NCBI GenBank assembly: GCA_900088475.1
Contig: FLMG01000016.1
Span: forward strand, 24,304-88,303
Length of the DNA: 64,000 nucleotides
Direction: 5' to 3'
Source of the DNA: Hyphochytrium catenoides
Lineage: Eukaryota > Protista > Hyphochytriomycota
Numbering within the stretch: the first letter of the stretch is position 1; each line of letters begins with the position of its first letter. The notes under the pieces were generated by a model that saw nothing but the letters and a program-made list of their open reading frames with translations, was not told where the DNA came from and ran no database searches. The position numbers were made by a program, and so were the translations under genes. Positions 12,566 to 23,347 of this stretch are shown piece by piece.

Positions 12566-13049
12566 GTCTCTTAACGTCCTGCTGACAGCTTTCTTCCTCT
12601 TTTTTTTTTCAAGATCCCACTGTCTTCTGTTCCCGCAGCTGCGGCTCTTATATCAGTAAACTCAGTAGTGCTTCGCAAGCTCGAAAGAAAGCTCAAAACT
12701 CCTCTGCTGAACGGCAGCCCGTGACTTCACTCTTCAGATGGCGAGAGGGAGATTGTGAGCACCAGAGAGAGAAGCTCCAATTATCCCGTTGACGTGCTGC
12801 TTTCTTTCTGCGCCACCCTTAGCTTCGCGTTTCACTGTCTGACAATTGGACTCCCCAAAAAGAAGAGAGAGGGATCAGGCAGCCGCCGCTTTGTAGGCTC
12901 TAAGATGAGTGACCCTTCTCTCTTATTTCTCAGTGTGACCAGTCGCCACCTCTTCCGCTTCCTGCTCCCCCTTCTCTCTCTCCCTCTCACTTTCTCTCTC
13001 TCTCTCCTCTTGCCCCCCAACCTTTTTTCCTATTCCTGCCCCTACAGAT

Positions 13050-13114
13050 CTCTCTCTGTCTGCCTGTCTCTCTATCTGTCTCTCTCTCTTTGTCTCTCTC
13101 TTTGTCTCTCTCTT

Positions 13115-13168
<54 letters not shown>
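13050..13168. repeat. (CT)n/(GA)n microsatellite upstream of 7TM paralog B
   Basis: Long ctctct run with occasional ttgt/gt interruptions. Confidence 0.95.
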
Positions 13169-13171
<3 letters not shown>

Positions 13172-13309
13172 GTCGCTTCTCAATCTTCTCTTTCCGCTTC
13201 TCTCCTTGTCATCCTTTGATCTATGAAAGGTGGTCTGATTACCGGAGACACGACGATTCGTGGACAGCGCCCGGTGGCATGTGGATCCTGTGCAGAGAGT
13301 GCGTTATAC

Positions 13310-15000
13310 GTTGTTAAATATCCTCCTAGCTAATTACTTTGCTTGATAGGAATGCGACAACATAAGGTTGAATTTAGCGCTTTACACTAACCTCAGAGGA
13401 AACGGTGCCCTGCCCCACCCTCCTGACCTCAAGCCGTGTGTTGACCTTTAACCCCAGCCCGACGGTGGGTGGGGCCGTCTGAGTACCCTCCGTAGAATAG
13501 ATATATAGGGTTGAGTTCGAGTAGGTCGGATGGGCAGGGCTGCTCGCCTCAGGATGGTATGTGGGGGGTCGGACGTCATGTGGGCGGAAGGGGGGACGAT
13601 ACAGATACACCAGGATCATGGCTGAGGAGCATATCAAGAATAGGAAGCATTGATCCCTATTTTTAGAGTAATAAGCTCTTGTTATGTCAGGAATCTCTAT
13701 GGGAATGTCTGTCCCAACCCCACCATTATATTAGCGCTCCCCTTTCTATGCCATTCTATGATCACTAACGCCACAAGCCCCAAGGCTAGGAAATGTAAGG
13801 CTTAGCGGTGCAGTAGGTGGCGGTGGGTAAAAGTGTAGAAATGTCCTCAAACTCTACTACTTACTTGGAAGGCATGGCAGGCTTTACTGTTTACCTTGGT
13901 ACCAATTCTACTACTGCAGCCTTCAGATTGTTACTGTTTCTTTATTTTATTAGTAGAGGTTCCATTATTGTAGACTTAGGGGTTGGGCCACCGCCCCGCC
14001 CCATCAGCGACCCCATGAGAAAGATAAGCTTCAATCTTCAAAAAAGAAGATTTGCAATTTCCAGTCTCTTCTTCTTCGCACTTCTCCTCGACAGAGTTGT
14101 AAGAATAGGAGAGCGAGGAGGAGGTAGAACATTTGAACAGCAGGGACGGAGGAGGCTTGAGATATTTCCCTAATCATCTTCAGCAGCACGTTCTCTTCAA
14201 CAGCAACAGTGAGCTCGTGGACAAGAGACTTCCGGTGGATCTTAAAAGGCTCGTGGTCCTCTCGTTCATCTTCGTCGAAGTAGTGCCACTCCTCCCACTA
14301 ATAGTTCTTTACTCGTTACAAACTTTAATCAAGCCACTGCTCCTTCTTCTCCCCACTCTTTGCCGCTGCTTGACCTCTCAACCCTCGACTAGCTACTATT
14401 GCTACGCATATTATACCTCAACTCAATCATCATCTTCGGCTTTCCTTGGCTGCTGCCCATCAACTTTATGGAACATACCTTCCTTTCTCTTGTTCCTCTT
14501 CCGTCCTCTCCATTTCAGCTCGAGATGGAGATAAGAAGACGACGCTGCTCATACCACGGCCTCGTTACTGAAGCCCCTTCCTAGCAGCTTGCTTCATCAC
14601 CATGCTAGCTGCTGCTGATTGATCCCCATTCTCCTGCTCTCTAAGTAAAGTTCAGTTATTATCAGAACCAGCTCTTCTACCACCCGTAGAAGAATGTGGG
14701 GAATCCCCCAAGGCATTGTTCTTAGGTCCTCCTCGCCGTGTTGGACCCTCCCTTGCTATGTAGAACTGAGATGGTTAGATGGAGGAGAAAGTCCTTCTTC
14801 AATATTAGAAGGCGTCATTTTCATCGACGTCATGAAGACCAACACCTCTCCTTTGCTTCTTTTTTCCAATAAAGAAGAGTCCAGTTCATTTCCCCACCAC
14901 CTCTAGCAGTCCCTTTCGTCTTGTCAGCTGTGACGACTAGTCTCGTGTTATGTAGGATGCAACGGCTCTGTTTAAACGGGGCAGCCACTCATTAGGAAGA
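13310..15000. other. Non-coding region, probable decayed repeat/transposon relic
   Basis: No coherent ORF. The reverse complement of about 14400-14850 shows patchy similarity to about 8330-8600. Confidence 0.3.
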
Positions 15001-15518
15001 GTCACGACTCTTGATTTCAGAAAGGTCAGCAAGCAAAGGAGGTTTTGGTACGTCTCGCCCATAAAAATAGTCAATCTGGTCTTCCTATTATGGAGTATTA
15101 GTTGCATCATATGTCTTGTCATCGGCCACACTCGTGGTGTGTCAACCTAACTACAAAGATAATAGAGCTGAAAGATAGAGCAAGGACCCATCACCCTTCT
15201 TACACCGTTGTAGACGGCAGCGAGCAAGAGCCAGAGTTACCTTGGATTGCATGCTTGCTAGCTCAGCTCTGCTCCTTAGGGAATTGGTCCTGTGTCTAAA
15301 GGTCCACAACCTTCAAATCGCGTAGAGTACGCATTAACGCGTACTAACAGTTGGCCTGCTTTAGCAACTAAGAGTTCTGCGGTCTCATTGCGAATTGCAT
15401 CTGTCCTCTAAAATATCAGGGTCTGCAGGTTGCATCAGCTTTGTGGTGGTAACGGGGGAGACTCGAAACAACGCTTTCTTTAACCAGTCCGTCTGAATGG
15501 AAACGCGCTTGTCCAGTG

Positions 15519-18500
15519 TTATGTGTGGGCGTACTCGCAGATGTGACTATAGGCGCAGAACCTGCAAGAAGAGAAAGACGGCCGAGCTGTCCAATCTTTT
15601 TGCCGTATAAGCTGGGCAGTTTCGTCAATGTAAACCATCAAGGTCTCTATCCCTTCGTCGTCTGGGACCCACTCTCCTGCATCCGAGGTCTCGATACTAC
15701 GCAGTAAGGCCTACAGAATGAAAGCTTTAGTTGTGAGATCAGAAGTCCTAGAACAGGAGAACTAAGATGACAAAGAAAATCCTGCCAGAGAGCTTTCCTT
15801 GTCTTCCTTTTACGTGCTTCCTATATATTCCTCATACTGTCTCTTTCTTGCAGGCCAAGTTCCACTCACTACATACGGCGTACCTTCGAAGGACGGTGGC
15901 CGTATACCTTTTCGTAAGCTAAGGAGTAGAGTTTTAACTGCAGACTCGACTTTGCCAATCGGGCGGGATCCGAACGGAGCCTTGACTTGTACTCTACGAT
16001 GCACACTTGACCTTCGTCTTCTTCTTCTACCAAGTCCCAGATGCCTTATAAATAGACGCAATGTCATCGAAATATGGACCACCAACCACTGTTGATATAG
16101 AGAGCTTGTAAGAGCAAAAGGACGACAAGTGGCCCACCTGATATATCGACCGCTAAAGCAGGTAGGCTGAAGTGGAACGGCTGCTCTACTAATAGAATCC
16201 TTCGGAACGCTTGTTCAGCACTTCTCCGACAAAAGGAATCTAGTGTCTTCCGTCCCATCTCCTGCAGCGAAGCCTTATGGGACTCGGAGTGGAAACCACC
16301 TTCTGTCCACGCCTCCTCGTAAGCTTTCAGCACTACCTACCCTCACCGGGGGAAGTAAGCAGTTAGAGACAGGAGAGAGTACAGCAACCGCATGAACGCC
16401 GCATGACTCACCTCAAGGTCTGGTACGTGGCCCGTCTCCTTCATGGCCTTATGATAGGAAGCTATGCCCTCGTGGAGAGCCTTGCCATAGACAAGCCACT
16501 GGTTGGCCTTGAAATCAACTCCTAGCTTACGATAGAGAAAAAACTGGTAGGGGCAGCGGTGGTAAGCGTCCATCTGAGAGAATGATAGGCGCAATGGCTC
16601 TTGGTTGATGCTGCCCTGGGCGGACAATGATGGTCGATTGGCAAGTAGGTTCGTCTCACTCTGACAGGGCGGAATAGGGGTGGAATCCCGGGGAGTAGTG
16701 CTCGGATGAGAGTGTTGATTGAGCGAGAGAGAGAGATCGGCCAATAGCCTGCAAAGCAAGAGCGGCGGTCAGATTGCACGGACCCCAGTAAAACGGCCCT
16801 AGAGGGCAGCAGAAGGGCCTTAAGAAAGATGTCGCTCACCTGCTAGGCTTCAACCTGGTGCCCTCTTTCTCGAGAGAGCTGGTAATGATGACAGACTTAC
16901 GCGCTGAAGCCATCACTTTTAGAAGGAGATTACGGTTCTGTCGAATAAAACTCACGCGTGACGGAGCTAACTGAACAGCGCAAGGGTAAGATATGGATAT
17001 TCCCGAGTAAGGCTTGTATAAGTAGAGCATCAACACTAGAAGAACAAAGGTTAATCGCAGAGTAGACAGGCAAACGGACATCTAGGATCAGTTTGAGGTG
17101 TCAAATAGGGACTTCCTCCTGCTGGAGAGGAATTCTTGAGGGAAAGTCCGGAGATATCAAGATGACAAGACCTACCACACGCAACCCGTCATCGAGCACA
17201 CTACCCGGCTCTAAAAGGTGCTTCCCTGCTAAAATGGGTGGCCTCATGAACCTTCCTGGCAAGTTCTTGTCTACTGCAGAGACTATAAATATAACGTCTG
17301 CCTCCATATCAACCGTATTCCTAAGTGTGGTCGATATAACCTCATCGGTTGTCCCATGAAGATAAGAGGAGACATAGACAAGCGAAGCATCGGAAGCTCG
17401 AAGTGGAGCACCGTCCTCTCGAAGAGCCAATAGGTCGGGGAAGAGTAGAGCTCCAGCTTTACCGGTAGCTGGACAGAAGGAGGTGGAGACGGTTAAGTCA
17501 ATGATAAGAGAACCCAGAAGAGAGGGGAGTACTGCTAAAGAGAAGAGAATCAAGGAGACGGACGGAGCAGGGAGGCAGCGCCCCGTCGGTGGCGTTACCT
17601 CTTTCAGCATTTGCCACAAGACCCAGAAAGTCGGCGACAGCGATAGAATTTTCTTCATCCTCTGCGCTTGCTGGAGCGTGAAGAGCAGGTAGCAATCCTG
17701 TTCTCTCTAGAAAAAGAATAATCTTTTCGCTACTGGACTTGCCTAGCACCTCGTCGGTCTCAAAGTAAGCCAGGTCTTCCAAGGCGCGCTTCACTGCCAG
17801 TCGATCATCATCTGAGAGGGGGAAAGGGTGCACGAGGCATATTATAGCAGGCGCTCCTCAGAAACTCTGTTTCGCGTGGTATCATCGGTTTGTTTGGGAT
17901 ATCCAGGTCATCCTGTCCCTGCTTCGTCACTCTCGCTTCCCCCTTAATCCTAATGTTCTTTCTGACTTGCCCCTTTGCCTCTTTTGCGTTCACACCGTCG
18001 CTCCTTGCAGCTCTACTAGTGCGCACTTAGTTACCTTGTTCTGTCGCAAATACGTAGTTCGATAGCCCTTCTCGCAGCGACGTTTGATTGGCATCAAAGT
18101 GCTGCAGAAATCTATTCATTCTGACCAGGGAGCAGCGATAGGCGGGAGAAGAGAGGAGGCCGTAAAGATGAGATGAGTCCATTGGCTGGTAGATAGAGCC
18201 CAGGAAGGACATGATCATCTTGACGTAGGGACTTGAAAAGGTCGTATGCACTGTGATCAAGAGTTTCTTAGTTATCTTCGAGGAAGAATTAGCGTAATAT
18301 CAGGAGAGGCAGAGCATGTGATAGCATAGATAAAGGGCACTCCCACACGGAAGGCGTAGTAAAACTAGGAGAGGACTCATGGAATTCTTACCGTAGTTCG
18401 ACTTTATTGTGATTCCATCATTAGCTAACGCTTTGGTGAAGGATTGGAGCTCCATTCTAGAACTGCCGATTAAAGCCACCTGAAGTCCTTCCTGCAGCAT

Positions 18501-20404
18501 GGTCTTGACTCTCCCCACCACATACTCCACCTCACGGTGGAACGTTGGGAATTCCCTGTGCTGAACTTGGGCTAGGCTCGATAGGGAAGAGTTAGGCAAG
18601 GAGGCAACCTTGGGTGGCCTCAGGCAGCGGTGCCCTGTGACGTTGATCTTGGCAATGGCCGAGATGGCGCTGGCAGTGGTTTGAAACGCTGTTGAAAGTA
18701 TCTCTTGATGAACGTTGGAGCCACACTTTGCTGCAACGGCCTCTAACCAGCCTTCGCGGCACCCTACGGAGTCTAAACGAGTGGCAATGGGACATGCAAA
18801 AAGCATAAGACTGCTCTCTTCGCGTGCATCAGAACTTCGACTGAGTCGAGCGAGGACTTCAACTGCCACGGGGCTGACGTTTTCTAAGCCGTCTACGACT
18901 ATGTGTGGAAAGGTGTCGCTGACTTCTTCTAGCACATCGGGATGCTTCCTTAGCATTTCAGCAGTCTTATACACCATCCCCGTCCAACTCGAGAACTGGT
19001 GCTGGTCAAGCAGGGTGAGATATGCCTCATAGCATGCTGACAGCTCTTTCTGACCACCAAGATACTCAGTAGCCGCATCCAATGACCGAAAGTTAAGTGC
19101 CTCGGGCGCTGCACGATCTAAAATTTCAAAACACTGCTTTGGCGAAATGTTCTGGGCTTGCAGGTAGTCAAAGGTGGCAATTAATGCCCTTATCGACCCG
19201 TCAGCAGCCAGTGGAGAGTAGAAGCTGCAAGTAGCACCCGTCAGGTCGTAGTCGTACCTCACCAGGAGGCACAATCAGGAAAGATACCGAGACCGAGCAT
19301 CTAACGGGGCAATATAGCGGTGTGGGGACAAACAGGACGCTCGACAACAGTACCAAGAAATGGTGGTAAAAGTTAGAAGCAGAGGAGTATCCCAACAAAA
19401 CTCACCGAGCTAAAGGAAGAGTGTGAATGTGTTGGTAGAGGAAGAGCTTAAGCTCGGTGCTGGAGATGGTATGATATCGAGAGGCATACTTTCCACCAGC
19501 CAGTGGGCCAAATTCTTCCAGAACTCTATCGCAGAATGAGAATATGGTATGGGCGGCTGGTGGTAACTGAGACGAATGGGAAGGAAGGGTGGCGCCCACA
19601 TTTTAGCAAGCAACGACAGAGTGGGAAGCGGCCAGAGATAGACAAATCTTTCCAACGGATAAGGCAAGCAGAGCGCCGACAACCGAAAATAGTCGAAGAA
19701 AGGTACTGAGAGAAGTGAAGCTTCATTGAGTGCGCTGGACAGAGTAAGAGGGGTAAGTCTGTTCATACATGTCAGAGTTGGTCAGGCGATGTTGCTGAAC
19801 AGTGTTAGGTGATTGTTAGTACCTTTCCGTATGTGCCATTTAAATCTATAAGATGCTGAATCAAGGTGATCTCTGAGGAAGACGGGACTAACATCAGAGG
19901 CTCAGAATTGGTTGAGGAGTTCATCTCCGAGCACAAGCGAAGAAAGCGTGTGACAGCCGTGACGGTTTTGCCTGTTCTCGGAAAGCCATGCACCAGGACT
20001 TTACCGGCGGGGTGATCTACAAGCTGAAGGACAACTCTAAATATTATCATAAATAGCGCTGGGAAGCAGAATGGGGATCAATAGAGAGACGTTCAAGAGC
20101 TAAATGGTCAATCCTAGAGGCAGCCTGCCTACAATGAACCAACCTTGCGCTGTGTCACAGTCAACTTCTCCTCCTGTAGCTTCAAACCTCGAGGATCCAG
20201 AAAGGAATAGGGCAAAGTAGAGAGGCATCTGTATACGTGCCTTCTATTCGATACGAATTCCATCCCTACAACGTCTTCGCGGCTCAGTTTCCCGAGAGTG
20301 AAGATGTGATCACCACATCGTGGCCATGGCCGTAGGGACCGTCGCCTTGACTTTGAGGCCTTTCGAGCGAAGAATTGACTCCGCAAAAAAGGCAGCACGG
20401 CCAT
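15519..20404 (-). CDS. UvrD/PcrA-like (pseudo)helicase fused to C-terminal Fe-S PD-(D/E)XK nuclease (AddB/AdnA-like), multi-exon, with Arg/Ser-rich N-terminal presequence
   Basis: LTVTQRK|..VLVHGFPRTGKT (Q motif + Walker A), TIFSFCDRVL, FPHIVVDGLEN. Nuclease: LSFSQMDAYHRCPYQF..G.ALH, G|IWDLV..IVEYKS..QLKLY, and terminal CRFCAYSHIC, stop at 15519-15521. Confidence 0.88.
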
Positions 20405-21344
20405 TGCTCCTGAATCACTGGTTTCGACTTTCAACTCCAGTCATCGCCTTCAAAGCTGCCGCTCTTCGCCCTGCGTCTCCTCTCGTGATAAAGGCCTCAT
20501 TGTTCCCATTTGACTGCCTCTTCGCAGAGATTTCCCGGAGCTCTAAACAGATTTCCGAAGCTCCGATAAGAATCCAAACACATGTCTTGAAGGAGCCTAT
20601 ATGGCCGGTAGCGGCTATCAAACTTGACCAAACTGTTAGACTTGACGAGTCGAAAGTGAAAATCACGTTTTGGACGGGCTTCCAAGCAACAGAATAGCGG
20701 AGCTGTACGTCACTCCTTCCCTGTTAATAAGATGTTGCCTTGGGCAAACTACTCCGCCAAGGCTATCAGTGCGTTAGCCGCTATTTTGTATCTAAAATTT
20801 GTTGTTACTTAGTGGGAGTTTGTGGGAGAGTGAAGACTGAGAGAGTGACGAGACAGAGCAGGTGACAGACAACGCGAGTTGTAGAGATAGAAGCCTGACT
20901 AACTAGCAGACAGTGACAAAACGATGTATATGAAACAGAGAGAGGGAGAGACCCAAGAAGGGAGAAGAGATAAACATTGACGGCTGTGTTGAGAGACAGA
21001 GAGGGAGAGAGGGAGAGAGGGAGAGATCAGGAGCAAGGCTGGAAGACCTTTCCAGAGATATTTTTGAGATCGCTGATGAATTTTGGAGGCTGAAGAGCCG
21101 ATGACAAAAGCTCCTTTCAAGACCCTTAACGAGGTAGACACCGCACCAAGCACCTGCGGGGACTCTCAGCAGTGGGATTCTGCAGAGCTTCTTGCCTTTT
21201 GGGGCAGATCCCGGTGTATTTATCCTGAAAGAACGAAGGTTTTCTCCATAGACTACAAAAAGGACGGCTAAGCAAGGTCCACTTAACTGAAAAGACAAAC
21301 TTCTGGTGGGCTGACCGTGCATTTAGGCGACGATATTAGGCATC

Positions 21345-23220
21345 ATGGCAGAGAAACCCAAGGCAGAGGTAGGGTTTGGCCTTCACCACCCTCTTTTCAC
21401 TGATGTATGCAATCACTGTTTGACATACTTTCTGTACCACTAGGTGGAGTTGGATCCCAGCGACAGTTTGAGTTTCACATTGGTCGGTGGAACTGCACCA
21501 GAGGCTACTTTACTCATTAGAAATGTATCCAGTGCCAAAGTGGCTTTCAAAGTCAAGACCACACAACCGAGGAGGTGAAGCATAACGGGATTCTTCGCCG
21601 TTCCTTGTCTTCTCTTAATCTAACTTTTACTCTACCGCCCGTGTAGGTACCTAGTGCGCCCCAATCAGGGCATGCTTGACCTCAACGCATCATCACAAAT
21701 TACTGTCATCCTTCAGCAGAGGGACTGTGACGACTTGCTGGCTGCCGACCCCAGGTGAGACCTGCCAACAGATGGCAATTACATCTGCTAGGTCTAAAAG
21801 GTGTCCGCAAACTGGTGCGGTATACGATACAGGGACCGGGATCAGTCCAATGATAAGTTTCTGGTGCAGTCAATGGCTTTAGAGAATGACTTCTACCAAA
21901 CTGTTGTGGACAAGACACCTAAGGTAATGAGGAAGGCAACAAAGCGTCTGAAAGTGGTATGGAAGCTCTAACACACCGAACTGACTAGGAGCAAGCGGAT
22001 GATCTGGCGCAAATGTGGGCCAAGGCAAACAAGAAAGATCTGTCAAATAAGAAGCTTCGTTGTAGTTTTACATTGGTAGGTTCCGGTCCGCACTCGCTCT
22101 GTTCCTTTTTCTACCCCTCTATCCTGAGGAATAAGCATTGAAAATGAAGATGATGAGCGTTCCGGTCTCTCTTAGCTGCAAATTCTACATTCTCTCGGTC
22201 TCTCCTCACAATTAAAACGGGATCATGCAGCCTTCCAGTACTCGGCCTGACGCTCAGGCATCCGGAGAGGCTCCTCGCAAGACGGAGATGCTCAAAAATG
22301 CTCTTCTAGCTGGGCAGCAGAATCTGACAGGAGAGTCTGGCAAGTCTGACGGAAGTCAGATGTTAAATGAGGTCGCTAGCCTAAGGAAGAAGTACGACGA
22401 GGTACGCTTGTCATCGTGGCAACAGTCCCGTGCTCAGCTCTGGCTGTTCCACTTTCTCCAAACTGACAGTCCAAGTCCAAGGTTGAACGCTCGCCTATCT
22501 TCGAATGCCTCATCACGTTGTTTTCCGGCCGTACGCTTTCTCTTACATTGTCGTGGTCTCTTCCAGCTTGTGGCATTCACAGTGCAGCTCACAGCTCAGC
22601 GGGATCAGCTAATGAACGATCTCGAAAAGTCAAAACAGAAGGCCTTGAAATATCAGGCAGAGGCAGAGAAAGCAAAAGGTAAAAATCTGTTAACAGCAGC
22701 CAGTAGTTCGCTAAGCTCTCTTCTCTTTGCGACAGAGTTACTTTCTTCCTTTCTTTCCTCATTTCCCTCTCTCTGGAGTTCTTGGTCCACGGGTGCAATG
22801 GTTCCAGGACCGTCGACTACTCCTCTCGCTCGCTAGGGCAAGTCAATGACAATGCGGGCTGGGCTGACGTACATAGACTGTCTTGGTGCAGAAGATTGTT
22901 TCTCCGCTTTCTTCTTCTGACAACCAGTTCCCTACCTCTTCTGTCAACCTTCCCCATCTGAGTTGCTGCGTTTCACGCATCCTTGCAGAGTCAGGCCTTC
23001 GACAGAGGAATAGAGGTTCCACAGATATCTCCGCTGCGGCTACCAGTGACGCTGCGATGAAAAAAGGCCAAGTCGAAGCGGTACGTTCAGTGCAGCATGT
23101 GGAGTGAGGCTTTCAGCTAACGGAGTTCTATTTGCAACTTGTCGTTTGCAGGGATTCAAGCTCTTCCATCTTATAGTTGCTGCCCTTTTCGCCTTCCTCA
23201 TCGGAAAGTATCTGACCTAG
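21345..23220 (+). CDS. VAP: VAMP-associated protein (VAP/Scs2; MSP domain, coiled coil, tail anchor), multi-exon
   Basis: VAFKVKTTQPR|RYLVRPNQG, DKFLVQS, KKLRCSF, coiled coil KKYDE|LVAFTVQLTAQRDQL, C-terminal TM GFKLFHLIVAALFAFLIGKYLT*. Confidence 0.93.
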
Positions 23221-23347
23221 ATGCCGCCGAGTAACCACCACGGACCAAAAAAGACTAAGAAATATGGGAGAGAAAGGAGACACATTCTGTTCTATGAACG
23301 TTTCATTGACGTATAAGCCGCTTGGCCGCACCCTAATATCCTAGAAC

